In this document: one piece after another, positions 1 to 8,907 of the stretch | Layout: each line of letters begins with the position of its first letter | Position numbering within the stretch: the first letter of the stretch is position 1 | Origin: Patescibacteria group bacterium | GTDB lineage: Bacteria > Patescibacteriota > Patescibacteriia > 2-02-FULL-49-11 | Reading direction: 5' to 3' | Length of the DNA stretch: 64,000 bases | NCBI GenBank assembly: GCA_041645165.1 | Contig: JBAZQN010000003.1 | Span: 28,198-92,197, forward strand | The notes under the pieces: model-generated | Seen by the model: the letters and a program-made list of their open reading frames with translations, nothing else | Database searches by the model: none | Told to the model about the DNA's origin: nothing | Made by a program: the position numbers and the translations under genes

Positions 1-135
1 AAGTTCCGTCTGAATGTCTGCTTCTGACAACACAAGTCCGGGCGGGCAGCCATCAATGACCACGCCCACCCCGCCCCCGTGCGACTCGCCGAAGGTAGTA
101 ATGCGAAATAATTGTCCAAAACTATTACCAGGCAT
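1..135 (-). CDS. aroC: Chorismate synthase, N-terminal part (runs off window)
   Basis: Manual translation [34 protein letters not shown]; TTFGESHG is the AroC N-terminal signature; not in ORF track. Confidence 0.95.
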   Translation of the reverse strand, partial: MPGNSFGQLFRITTFGESHGGGVGVVIDGCPPGLVLSEADIQTEL

Positions 136-143
136 ATGCACTG

Positions 144-256
144 AAGATACAAGTTACAAGAGACAAACACCAAACAATTTCCAAGATACAATAATCAATT
201 TGGGATTTTGAGTTTTGGGTATTGGTGATTATTTGTTACTTGTTTCTTGGTTATTT
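144..256. repeat. Degenerate heptamer-repeat inverted element overlapping the aroE 3' end
   Basis: A/C-rich ~7-nt units (ACAAG/CAAAC) followed by complementary T/G-rich units; same architecture at 52536-52621 and 56767-56866. Confidence 0.6.
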
Positions 257-1067
257 CGTTCAATGTCATCTTCATAACTTTAACAGGCGCATCACAACCA
301 GTAAATAATGTAAATGATAATATTGCCGTTTCTAAAAGCATTTCCGTACCAGGAATAACGAAACAACCTGCCTCTCTTGCCAATTTAGTCAAAGGCGTGC
401 TTTTGGCTGAATATACAATATCATACACCACTAATCCTTTCCGCAATAATTCCTTGCGTACGGGCGATCCTTGAACGCCATGCGGTAGGCCTATTGAGGT
501 CGCATTCACCAGAATATCGGTGGCAGCAATGAATGACGATAAATCATCAAGCGATCCCGCCGCATGCGCGCCAAATTCGCGGGCAAGCGCTTGAGCTTTA
601 TCTGCGGTGCGATTGAGAATAGACACGTAAGCATCAGCCTGCAAAAGCGCATAAACGATCGCCCGCGCAGCCCCTCCCGCGCCAAGCACGACTATGTGTT
701 CTCCTTTCACCTCGCCGATCGCGTGACGAAGCGTCGACATAAATCCCGGCGCATCCGTATTGTATCCCTTAAGCCTTCCTTCCTCGTTCACAATCGTATT
801 CACGGCGCCAATTGAGCGCGCATGATCATCAAGCGCGTCAAGAAAGGGAATCACGGTTTGCTTGTGCGGCACGGTTACATTGAGCCCCCGCACCCCGAGG
901 CTCCGCATGCCTTTGACTGCGGCTTCCACATCCTTCACCGGAAACGCGGCATAGATAAAATCCAAACCTAGCGCCTCAAACGCCGCATTATGGATCACGG
1001 GTGAAAGTGAATGATCTACCGGATCTCCTATGATGCCGCAAACTTTAGTTTTCGCGGTTATGTGCAT
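195..1067 (-). CDS. aroE: Shikimate dehydrogenase
   Basis: GDPVDHSLSP, NVTVPHK, GAVNT, GYNTD, GAGGAARA motifs; likely start MHITAK at 1067. Confidence 0.95.
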   Translation of the reverse strand: MHITAKTKVCGIIGDPVDHSLSPVIHNAAFEALGLDFIYAAFPVKDVEAAVKGMRSLGVRGLNVTVPHKQTVIPFLDALDDHARSIGAVNTIVNEEGRLKGYNTDAPGFMSTLRHAIGEVKGEHIVVLGAGGAARAIVYALLQADAYVSILNRTADKAQALAREFGAHAAGSLDDLSSFIAATDILVNATSIGLPHGVQGSPVRKELLRKGLVVYDIVYSAKSTPLTKLAREAGCFVIPGTEMLLETAILSFTLFTGCDAPVKVMKMTLNEITKKQVTNNHQYPKLKIPN

Positions 1068-1584
1068 ACGACTTATGCTTATCAAACAATATATTGATAT
1101 CCCGAATAATGGCATGCGGAGCCTTGCCGCTTACATCGACCACCGCATCAGCCGCAGCGCGATACTGGGCTTCCCGTTCCTTCCATGTGCGCAGCATATC
1201 CTCTTCAAATGTTTCCGCATTGGTTAAATACGGGCGCTCCCCTTTCTCTCCCTGAAGGCGCTCCATAAGGCGCTCAACCGGCGCGTATAATAAAACCAAG
1301 AAGCCATTGATTTTCAGCCGCGTAACGCTTTCGTTGTTCATCACCACCCCACCGCCAGTCGCGATAACCGCCTTCTCGTCTCCTGCGACTTGAACAATCA
1401 CCTCAGCTTCGTGCCGCCGAAACGCATCCCAGCCCTCTTCGTTCACAAAATCCTCCAAGGAAACGCCTATGCGCTTCTCTATCAAGCTATCAGTATCCAA
1501 AAATGCATAGCCTAAAATATCAGCCAAGAGCTTCCCCACAGTTGATTTCCCGCTTCCCCGCATGCCGATTAATACTATGTTCAT
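1045..1584 (-). CDS. aroK: Shikimate kinase
   Basis: GMRGSGKSTVG P-loop, DTD, FRRHE, ATGGG. Confidence 0.95.
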   Translation of the reverse strand: MNIVLIGMRGSGKSTVGKLLADILGYAFLDTDSLIEKRIGVSLEDFVNEEGWDAFRRHEAEVIVQVAGDEKAVIATGGGVVMNNESVTRLKINGFLVLLYAPVERLMERLQGEKGERPYLTNAETFEEDMLRTWKEREAQYRAAADAVVDVSGKAPHAIIRDINILFDKHKSYAHNREN

Positions 1585-1592
1585 ATTCGCAT

Positions 1593-1684
1593 GTCATTCC
1601 CGCGAAGGAGGGAATCTAGACAAAATAAACAAAAAACGATTATTTATTTTTAATTTCTGGATCCCCGATTAAATCGGGGATGAC
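1593..1684. repeat. REP/REPIN-like palindrome, family 2 (GTCATTCCCG...GGGAATC / GATCCC...GGGATGAC)
   Basis: Terminal hairpins with A-rich/T-rich spacer; copies at 9731, 11229, 12929, partial at 48114. Confidence 0.85.
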
Positions 1685-1720
1685 AATGATGCGTGTTTCC
1701 CCAACGGGAAACCCGAATGA

Positions 1721-2980
1721 CTAGGCGTGTTTGCCAATGAGCATCCCGAGCGCTTCCCAAAACCCCGGATACGATTTGCTCACCACTTCCGCGTCCTGTA
1801 TCACCGTCTCCCCATCTGCCGCAAGCCCGGCAACCGCAAATGCCATTGCCATCCTATGGTCGCCGTGCGGATCAATCACTGCGCCTTTCAACTTTCCTCC
1901 GTGTATTTTTAACGAATCACCGTTCACCTCCGCGCGTATGCCCATCTTGGCAAGTTCTTCCGCAGGCGCGGCAAGGCGATCGCTCTCCTTCCCGCGCAGA
2001 TGGCCAATGTGGGTGATCACGCTCATACCCGGCGCAACCGCGGCAAGCACCGCAAGGGTAGGCACGAGATCAGGAACGTCGCAGCCGTCCACAGAAAATG
2101 GTTTTACTGATTTTGCGCCGCGCACCACCACTGCATTACGCTCATACTTTACTTCACATCCTACGCTGCGCAGAATGTCCAGTACTTTCCTATCCCCTTG
2201 CACAGATTCAGGCGCAAGTCCCAAAACCTTGACTTCGCCGCGAGTGACTGCGGCTGCGGCAAACCAATACTGTGCCGAAGAATAATCCCCTTCTATGGCA
2301 TACCTCCGTGCACGATACGATTGCCCCGGCTCAACCGTGAATTGATTGCCTTTCTGTTCTACCGCCACGCCAAGCTCTTTCAAAAGCGCGATCGTCAAAT
2401 CAATATACGGCCGTGAGTATATCGGCTCTTCCACTGCAATAGTCATTCCTTGCGGTAAGAAAGGTGCGATCATGAGCAGCGCAGATACAAATTGCGAACT
2501 GACATTTCCCGGCAGCCTCACCTTGCCGCCTTGCAATGCGCCTCCCCGTACCGTGATCCTCTTCGGCTCTTGGGTCACTTCTGCCCCCAACGTTTGAAGC
2601 GCATCATACAGTGGCTGCAAGGGGCGCTCTAACAATCGCACACCGCCGGTAATGATTGTTTCGCCTGGCGCCAGCGCTGCTAACGCGAGCGCAAATCGCA
2701 AGGTGGTGCCGGAAAGGCCGCATTCGAGGGGCCTTGAAGGAATACATAATGTCCCACCTGTGCCTTGCACTACCAGCTTTAATTCTTCCTGCTTTATTGA
2801 CGCGCCGAAACCCCTGCACGCGTCCATAGTTGCTTCCGTGTCATCCGCGTACAATATATTAGTTAACACAGATTCTCCTTTTGCGAGCGTTGCGAGCACT
2901 ATTGCGCGGTGCGTAATGCTCTTGGAGGGAGGCGTGACCACGACTCCTTCTATCTTTCCTGGAATTACAGTGACTTGCAT
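1721..2980 (-). CDS. aroA: EPSP synthase
   Basis: PPSKSITHR, SGTTLRF, SSQFVSALL, LRGKESDR, DHRMAM, KSYP. Confidence 0.97.
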   Translation of the reverse strand: MQVTVIPGKIEGVVVTPPSKSITHRAIVLATLAKGESVLTNILYADDTEATMDACRGFGASIKQEELKLVVQGTGGTLCIPSRPLECGLSGTTLRFALALAALAPGETIITGGVRLLERPLQPLYDALQTLGAEVTQEPKRITVRGGALQGGKVRLPGNVSSQFVSALLMIAPFLPQGMTIAVEEPIYSRPYIDLTIALLKELGVAVEQKGNQFTVEPGQSYRARRYAIEGDYSSAQYWFAAAAVTRGEVKVLGLAPESVQGDRKVLDILRSVGCEVKYERNAVVVRGAKSVKPFSVDGCDVPDLVPTLAVLAAVAPGMSVITHIGHLRGKESDRLAAPAEELAKMGIRAEVNGDSLKIHGGKLKGAVIDPHGDHRMAMAFAVAGLAADGETVIQDAEVVSKSYPGFWEALGMLIGKHA

Positions 2981-3012
2981 AATAAGCTTTATATTAGCGA
3001 GGATTGCTCTCA

Positions 3013-3119
3013 CACAAACCCTCCGCAGACTCCGCCGGCATGGTGTCCGACGTAACGTCGGACCGGCGGAGGCGAGGCGGAGTGCGGTCAGCCGCTGGGC
3101 TGACCGACACGTGTTTGTG
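3013..3119. repeat. Multibranched palindrome, family 3, overlapping the aroQ stop
   Basis: AAACCCTCCGCAG-[hairpin]-CGAGGCGGAGTGC-[hairpin]-GACRCGTGTTT, shared with 14757-14846. Confidence 0.7.
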
Positions 3120-3582
3120 CTGAGGCAAGCCTCGCGACCAGATTCTCTAACCCTACCACGTAACTCTGCTCTTTTAACCCCATGACCCTTTCCGCCGCAA
3201 TATCGGCAATCACGGAAATCCTCCGGAACGGCTCCCGGTGCTCAATGTTAGACAAATGCACCTCCACGAGCGGAAGACCGGCGTCAACAAGCGCGTCCCT
3301 CAAGGCATAGCTGTAATGGGTGAGCGCCCCGGGATTGATGAGAATTCCATGCGCACCTCCCGCCTGTGCTTGAATAAAATCAATGAGCGCTCCTTCATGG
3401 TTTGACTGGAAAAACACGAGTTCTATCACCTCATGCCCCTCGCTTAATCTCCCTGCCTTCGCGCGCAACATATCCTCAATCGCACCCAACGTGAGCGAAC
3501 CGTACTGTACGGGGTCGCGTCTCCCCAGCATATTTAAATTTGGCCCGTTGATTACTAAAATACGCATAAGTTCATTGTTCAT
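3088..3582 (-). CDS. aroQ: Type II 3-dehydroquinate dehydratase
   Basis: NGPNLNMLGRR, QSNHEG, INPGALTH, EVHLSN. Confidence 0.97.
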   Translation of the reverse strand: MNNELMRILVINGPNLNMLGRRDPVQYGSLTLGAIEDMLRAKAGRLSEGHEVIELVFFQSNHEGALIDFIQAQAGGAHGILINPGALTHYSYALRDALVDAGLPLVEVHLSNIEHREPFRRISVIADIAAERVMGLKEQSYVVGLENLVARLASAQTRVGQPSG

Positions 3583-3608
3583 TATTTGTAGCGGACTTGA
3601 ACCCAGAG

Positions 3609-3710
3609 GCGAAGGAATACCAATTTGTCGAGGATTTAGGCGCGAGGGTCGCTAGATCGCGTCCGCAGAAAAATTGTGTATTCCTGACCAAGAAACAACC
3701 TGGGTGAGCA
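3609..3710. repeat. Structured palindrome, family 1, copy A (intergenic)
   Basis: GCGAAGGAATACCAATTT...GTCCGCAGAAAAATTGTGTATTCC; copies at 5600 and 50405. Confidence 0.9.
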
Positions 3711-3717
3711 AATACCA

Positions 3718-4794
3718 TTATTCACTGTTGAACATCCCTCGCAATGCTTCATGTACAATCTTACGCGGCACCTTGACCCCCGCCCTCGCCTTCCCAATCT
3801 TCTCCAACAGCACCCACCTTACGCTGCCACCTTGCGCCTTTTTATCATGCTGAAGAATATTTATCAGTCTTGCGATGTTCGTACGCGCGGGCAATCTCGT
3901 GGGTAGATTATAATGCGCCAATAACGATTCTACACGCGCGCAATCCTGCGTATTGAAACCTAATAATTCATTGCTTATCCTTACCGCCGCAACCATGCCG
4001 ATGGCGATTGCTTTGCCGTGCGGGAGTAAAAAATTGCTCATACTCTCCAGTGCGTGTCCCACGGTATGCCCGAAATTTAATAGTACCCTCTCGCCTTTTC
4101 GGTCGTTCGGGTCCCGCGCAACCGCCGCCGCCTTCGCCCGTACGCAAAATCCCACCACTTCGTCCCAGGGCATGCGATTGAAGGCACACTCCTCCAATCG
4201 CGCCGTGAATGTGCGGCTGCCTATCAATCCGTATTTAATTACTTCCGCCATGCCGTTAATAAGCTCATCTTGAGGGAGCGTCCTTAAAAACGTGGTGTCG
4301 CATACCACTGCCTTCGGCTGGTGAAACGTGCCAATCACATTTTTTATGCCCCGAAAGTCAACGCCGGTTTTGCCGCCAATCCCGCTGTCCACTTGTGCTA
4401 AAAGCGTTGTTGGCACCTCAATATAATCTATGCCTCGCAAATAAACGGACGCCACAAAACCCGTGAGGTCGCCTACCACGCCGCCGCCCAGCGCAACGAG
4501 GATGCCGTAACGATCAACTTTTTTCTGCTGCAGTATGCGCAAGCATCGCTCGGCAATGCGCAGTTCTTTCGAACGTTCTCCCGGCCTCAGCACAATGGTA
4601 TGCACGGGCACGCGCCCTTCGCGCAAGGTTCTCAAAACCCTTCCGTGCAGGCGCGCAACCGTGCGATCGGTAATGAGAACCACAGAGGTACGGGCATTGC
4701 CCCGTGCGAACTGAGGCAAAACGGCAAGCGCCCGATTTCCCGCGATGAGCGCACACGTGTTTTTCGCTGTTACGCGATAATGTATACGGATCAT
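3718..4794 (-). CDS. aroB: 3-dehydroquinate synthase
   Basis: GGGVVGD, PTTLLAQVDSGIGGKT, LNFGHT, HGKA, DKK; start uncertain (4794 or 4821). Confidence 0.96.
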   Translation of the reverse strand: MIRIHYRVTAKNTCALIAGNRALAVLPQFARGNARTSVVLITDRTVARLHGRVLRTLREGRVPVHTIVLRPGERSKELRIAERCLRILQQKKVDRYGILVALGGGVVGDLTGFVASVYLRGIDYIEVPTTLLAQVDSGIGGKTGVDFRGIKNVIGTFHQPKAVVCDTTFLRTLPQDELINGMAEVIKYGLIGSRTFTARLEECAFNRMPWDEVVGFCVRAKAAAVARDPNDRKGERVLLNFGHTVGHALESMSNFLLPHGKAIAIGMVAAVRISNELLGFNTQDCARVESLLAHYNLPTRLPARTNIARLINILQHDKKAQGGSVRWVLLEKIGKARAGVKVPRKIVHEALRGMFNSE

Positions 4795-5029
4795 ACCCCG
4801 TATATCAATATCCAACGCCAAACGTGGTTGGCATTGAAGTAAGCTTTAACATGAAAGCGACCTTGGTGTATTGAATCATAGTAAAATTTGTAGATAACGT
4901 TTGGCGATCAGTGAGGGAGGCTATGTAAAAATCTGCAATACGGTCAATCCTCATCCAGTAGTACTCCATCTATATTCTGCTTAAAGATTCCCGCCTCCCT
5001 CTTGGATGTTGTATTTCGGGGCATATGGT

Positions 5030-5317
5030 TCAGCGCTTTTGTGTCTGGCGCGATGATGCAATGATAATACCCATAAGCGTACGCACCTTTGACGCCGGGA
5101 GGCCCAGGGACCTGCCAAACTTCACGGCGCATGCGATTACCCGTTGTTCCCTTTCCCTGTCTTTTAAAGAAAGAGACTGGTCTAGTTTTAGTTTGCCGAT
5201 TTCACGCGCAACCTTCAAGCGCCTGGACCACAATCGCAATAAGGCGCGGTCAAGAGCGTCAATCTGTTTCCTTAAATGAGTGAGTGATTTAGAGTTCATA
5301 GGCTGCTCCTCGCTCAT
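5030..5317 (-). CDS. Chorismate mutase (AroQ-class, stand-alone)
   Basis: LRKQIDALDRALLRLWSRR...IGKLK...DREREQ pattern. Confidence 0.9.
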   Translation of the reverse strand: MSEEQPMNSKSLTHLRKQIDALDRALLRLWSRRLKVAREIGKLKLDQSLSLKDREREQRVIACAVKFGRSLGLPASKVRTLMGIIIASSRQTQKR

Positions 5318-6308
5318 ACGTCCCCAACACCGTGAGGGTAACCGCTTCGTGCCTCAAGGCAGAGAGCGCCCGCGTGAGCGCTTCAGGCGAGAAGGTGTGT
5401 TCAAAATCCACATAGAACAAATATTCCCACGGCTTGCCGAGCAAAGGGCGCGATTCGACTTTGGTAAGATTCATGCCCCTGCCTGCGCACTGCACGAGGA
5501 AACGTGAGAGGCTCCCCGCGACGTGCGGAAGCGTGAGCAGGAGCGATACTTTATTTCCTTTCACCGCGGATAGTAAGTACTCACCGGCTTCAACGCGATG
5601 CGAAGGAATGCCAATTTTTCGAGGATTTAGGCGTTCAAGCTGCTTGGTCGCGTCCGCAGAAAAATTGTGCATTCTGAAGCGGGATGACTTTGGATGAGCA
5701 GTTATCGCAGATATCGGCTTTTTTGCAGGTTTTATAATAGCGCCGAAGCGGGTATAATTCTCGCGATCGGTCTCAATATGGTCGGCAACTACCGACAAGC
5801 CGTACAATGACGCCGCCACCCTGCTCGCGATTGCCGCCTCATCCTGGCGCCTACGGAGCGCCACCTCCCGCGCCGCGCCCGCGGTATCGCGGAATGATAT
5901 AACTTCTATCCAGGGATGGCGCTTAAGAAATTCCTCGCATTGGTCAAGCGCTTGAGGATGCGAGTAGACGCGCCGGATTTGGCGGATTCTTTTCGCGCCG
6001 CCCGCGTGCGCAGAATTTGCAAGCAGGTTATGGGATATGCGCAAAAATATTTCTCCGTCCAAGACAAGCGAGTGGCGTGCAAGCAAATCATAAATGCGAT
6101 GGATGGTGCCGGCGACCGAATTCTCCAAAGGCACGATACCCTGCAGAGCCTTGCCTTTTGCCACTGCCTTGAAAACCTCGTCAAATGAGGGACAAGGTAT
6201 CATCGCCGCGTGTATCCCAAAATATTTCTGTGCCGCGATTTCGCTGTACGCGCCATGTTCTCCTTGGAAAGCGATTTTATTCCGTTTAGGTAATGAATTT
6301 TTTGTCAT
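5289..6308 (-). CDS. pheA: Prephenate dehydratase with ACT domain and expanded linker
   Basis: FQGEHGAYS, PLENSVAG, SHPQAL, NYTRF, NLTKVESRP, EYLFYVD. Confidence 0.93.
   Translation of the reverse strand: MTKNSLPKRNKIAFQGEHGAYSEIAAQKYFGIHAAMIPCPSFDEVFKAVAKGKALQGIVPLENSVAGTIHRIYDLLARHSLVLDGEIFLRISHNLLANSAHAGGAKRIRQIRRVYSHPQALDQCEEFLKRHPWIEVISFRDTAGAAREVALRRRQDEAAIASRVAASLYGLSVVADHIETDRENYTRFGAIIKPAKKPISAITAHPKSSRFRMHNFSADATKQLERLNPRKIGIPSHRVEAGEYLLSAVKGNKVSLLLTLPHVAGSLSRFLVQCAGRGMNLTKVESRPLLGKPWEYLFYVDFEHTFSPEALTRALSALRHEAVTLTVLGTYERGAAYEL
5600..5700. repeat. Family 1 palindrome, copy B, in-frame within pheA
   Basis: Aligns with intergenic copies A and C; pheA frame stays open through it. 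Confidence 0.9.
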
Positions 6309-6338
6309 AATTTCTTTCCTACCTTTCTCTCTTCTTAG

Positions 6339-6481
6339 AGCGAGTGTTGGCTGTAACGAAAAGCGTCTCGGAGGTTTTGCGGGCATGGGTCCCGCGAAGC
6401 GGGAGAGCAAAACCGAGAGCCGAGCGGTAATTTCCTCGCTGGGGAAATTGACCGCGTCTTTTCGTGGCGGCCACACTCGCT
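6339..6481. repeat. 143-nt multibranched inverted-repeat element between aroF and pheA
   Basis: AGCGAGTGTTGGCTGTAACGAAAAG pairs with CTTTTCGTGGCGGCCACACTCGCT; two internal hairpins. Confidence 0.75.
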
Positions 6482-7401
6482 TACGTCGCCACCGTTCTTC
6501 CTATCGCGCCCGCAATGGTATTTATTTCTCGCATCAGCTGGTTAAGCGCCTCAATGGATATCGCTTGCTCTGCGTCTGAAATGGATTTATCCGGATCTAT
6601 GTGGCACTCGATAAGCAGCCCGTCTGCCCCCGCGGCAATGGCCGCTCTACTCATCGCGGGCACCAAATCGCGCCTGCCAGTACCGTGTGAAGGGTCCACG
6701 ATGATGGGCAAGTGGGTTTCATTTTGCAAATAAGGCACCGCATTCAGGTCAAGCGTAAACCGCAGCTCAGTGACATGCGTGCGGATGCCGCGTTCGCAGA
6801 GCATCACATTTGCATTGCCTCCGGTGAGAATATATTCTGCGGCGAGCAAAAATTCCTTGTAGGTGGAATGCATGCCGCGCTTTAAGAGCACGGGATGTTT
6901 TGTGCGCCCGACCTCTCGCAAAAGTGTATAATTCTGCATGTTCCGCGCGCCGATTTGGAGTATGTCCGCATATTCCACAATAAGATCCACATCCCTGGGG
7001 TCCATCACTTCCGTGATGGAGCGCAATCCAGTAGAACGCGCCGCTTTCTGGAGAAGCTGGAGCCCTCTCTTCCCCAACCCTTGGAAATCATACGGGCCGG
7101 TGCGGGGCTTAAATGCCCCACCGCGCAGCACCGTGCCGCCCGCCTCTTTTACCGCTTTCGCAATCAGCGTAATCTGCTCTTCGTTTTCCACCGAACACGG
7201 CCCTGCCATTATCACCACCTGCGGCCCTCCCACCAGCAGCCCTTGCACGTCAATCACTGTCTTCTCATCTCCGGAAGTATGCGCAAGCCGGTATGGTTTG
7301 AGAGGAGACGACTCTGCAGGCAATATTCCGTTGTCACTCTTAGGTGATTCTAACACTGTTTTCACTCTCTTAATGACTTTTTCTTTCATGATAGTTGGCA
7401 T
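6481..7401 (-). CDS. aroF: DAHP synthase type I-beta
   Basis: [39 protein letters not shown]. Confidence 0.96.
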   Translation of the reverse strand: MPTIMKEKVIKRVKTVLESPKSDNGILPAESSPLKPYRLAHTSGDEKTVIDVQGLLVGGPQVVIMAGPCSVENEEQITLIAKAVKEAGGTVLRGGAFKPRTGPYDFQGLGKRGLQLLQKAARSTGLRSITEVMDPRDVDLIVEYADILQIGARNMQNYTLLREVGRTKHPVLLKRGMHSTYKEFLLAAEYILTGGNANVMLCERGIRTHVTELRFTLDLNAVPYLQNETHLPIIVDPSHGTGRRDLVPAMSRAAIAAGADGLLIECHIDPDKSISDAEQAISIEALNQLMREINTIAGAIGRTVAT

Positions 7402-7446
7402 ATGTGTGGCGTATAAAGGCGTAATAATGGCGTGAATTGGCTTCTA

Positions 7447-7480
7447 TAAAACATTAAACTCCCCCGTGTTTGGGAGAGTC
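7447..7480 (-). terminator. Attenuator terminator of the aro operon
   Basis: Minus strand GACTCTCC-CAAACAC-GGGGGAGTT followed by TAATGTTTT; 5' arm complementary to leader sequence. Confidence 0.7.
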
Positions 7481-7506
7481 ATACTATCGCGAGGCTTGAA
7501 CTATCT

Positions 7507-7596
7507 TTATTTATTCATATACGACAAATCTCCCAAACGGTTAGTCGGGCTAAAGAAAAACCAAAAATAATTGTTGGAGAATTGTGCGCTTTGCAT
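7507..7596 (-). CDS. Aromatic leader peptide MQSAQFSNNYFWFFFSPTNRLGDLSYMNK
   Basis: 29-codon ORF with TAT TTT TGG TTT TTC TTT run directly upstream of aroF; extended -10 TGGTAGAGT at 7611-7619. Confidence 0.85.
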   Translation of the reverse strand: MQSAQFSNNYFWFFFSPTNRLGDLSYMNK

Positions 7597-7647
7597 AATT
7601 AAAAATTTATACTCTACCAAAACAGATAAAAGCTCCACTTTCTCTTT

Positions 7648-8031
7648 TTATTTAGCATTTTTATCCTTTTCTTCGGAGGACGTCTGCATACCAAGCCTAT
7701 CTCTTTCAAAATCAGAAACTGCTTTGAGCGCTTCATCTGCGCGCTGTTTAAGTTTATCGTACTCTTCATTGAGTGCTCCTGCTTCCTCCTGACCAGCCCC
7801 AACCAGCTTATTCAGTCTCTGCCGTAAGAGCGCCATGTACTCATAGTTATGCGACAAACCCTGCCTCTTTGTCCTCTCCCAAAATTCTGTCACTGGTGCA
7901 TCTTTCGATAGTCCTTCTTTTCTCACTTGATCCGTTTCTTCATGCATGGATTTATTTTCCTCTGCGACTTGCCTAGCATCATCATATACTTCTGCGACTT
8001 TCTCTGGATCCCAATTTTCTTTTTTCCACAT
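7648..8031 (-). CDS. Hypothetical charged helical protein
   Basis: 127-aa ORF, E/K-rich. Confidence 0.65.
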   Translation of the reverse strand: MWKKENWDPEKVAEVYDDARQVAEENKSMHEETDQVRKEGLSKDAPVTEFWERTKRQGLSHNYEYMALLRQRLNKLVGAGQEEAGALNEEYDKLKQRADEALKAVSDFERDRLGMQTSSEEKDKNAK

Positions 8032-8046
8032 AGGTGCAAAATTTAT

Positions 8047-8169
8047 TCACGACCGCTGATCTCCGGACGCGTCTTTCTTCTCCTTATAGAAGAGTGTCGG
8101 CCATGAAATCGCCACAAGCCCTGCCAGGATGATGGCGAGTATGATGATAATGTGTGCGTAGGGATTCAT
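8047..8169 (-). CDS. Small single-TM protein (40 aa)
   Basis: Manual translation MNPYAHIIIILAIILAGLVAISWPTLFYKEKKDASGDQRS. Confidence 0.55.
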   Translation of the reverse strand: MNPYAHIIIILAIILAGLVAISWPTLFYKEKKDASGDQRS

Positions 8170-8224
8170 ACACTTTTATTAAACATCTTCACGAAACAAT
8201 ATTACCACACGCCTTATAACCATG

Positions 8225-8638
8225 TCAAATCGGGCGGACGGAAAGGTCGGGAATCCTTCGAAAATCGCGCACATTCCTCGTCACGAGACTCGTGCCAGTG
8301 AAGAGCGCAGTGGCAGCAATCGTGCTGTCCGCGAGTGAGAGGCGATAGGTGCGCCGGATAAATCCAGTGATGCGTGCAATGCGCGAGTCGAGCGAAATCA
8401 CCGCGAGCGTGCTCAATAACCTTTCGATCCGATTTTCTTCCTCGATACTCAAATCCGGAAATCCGAAAAGTTCCGCCTCGGTGAGCGCCGACACATACAC
8501 GGTGATCGGCTCGTTGAGCAGTCCGCTCAAGATTGCGGCCGCATGAGGGTCGTCCTTGAGGTAATAGATGATCGCGTTGGTGTCGAGCGTGTACACAAAC
8601 AGAATGTGCGCTACGCCTCCGCTGACGTCCGCTCCCAC
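8225..8638 (-). CDS. vapC: PIN-domain VapC toxin
   Basis: LDTNAII, SALTEAEL, LADSTIAATA, LVTRNVRDF; start uncertain. Confidence 0.92.
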   Translation of the reverse strand: MGADVSGGVAHILFVYTLDTNAIIYYLKDDPHAAAILSGLLNEPITVYVSALTEAELFGFPDLSIEEENRIERLLSTLAVISLDSRIARITGFIRRTYRLSLADSTIAATALFTGTSLVTRNVRDFRRIPDLSVRPI

Positions 8639-8814
8639 TCACGACGCATCTTCCGCAAGGTGAGGATGGGATCGGGTTTCCGGCGCTTCCACATCCCGCG
8701 TGCCTGTTCCCAGACGCGTGTACGGTCATTGCCGCGCAGGAGTAAGCGAAGATTCGCTTCCGCGTCACCTTTTGTACGTTCTTTTATTGGAGTCGAAATG
8801 ACAGAATATGACAT
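8611..8814 (-). CDS. Probable antitoxin (VapB-like)
   Basis: Small ORF overlapping vapC start, ARGMWK...LRKMRREW pattern; promoter TTGATG-17-TATAGT at 8875-8847. Confidence 0.7.
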   Translation of the reverse strand: MSYSVISTPIKERTKGDAEANLRLLLRGNDRTRVWEQARGMWKRRKPDPILTLRKMRREWERTSAEA

Positions 8815-8907
8815 AAAACGCCTTTTATAACCCTTACATCAATATAACTATACCCCATTCTCAAGCGTCCATCAAGTGTGTGGGGGTACTGTGTGCGGGG
8901 TACTACG

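Noticed and set aside
4807-5025. Short ORFs between chorismate mutase and aroB, including MEYYWMR...
   Set aside because: Has YYW but no terminator or antiterminator found; cannot support a third attenuator
6309-6476. ORF-track N-terminal extension of PheA
   Set aside because: It is translation through the palindrome; homology starts at MTKNSLP (6308)
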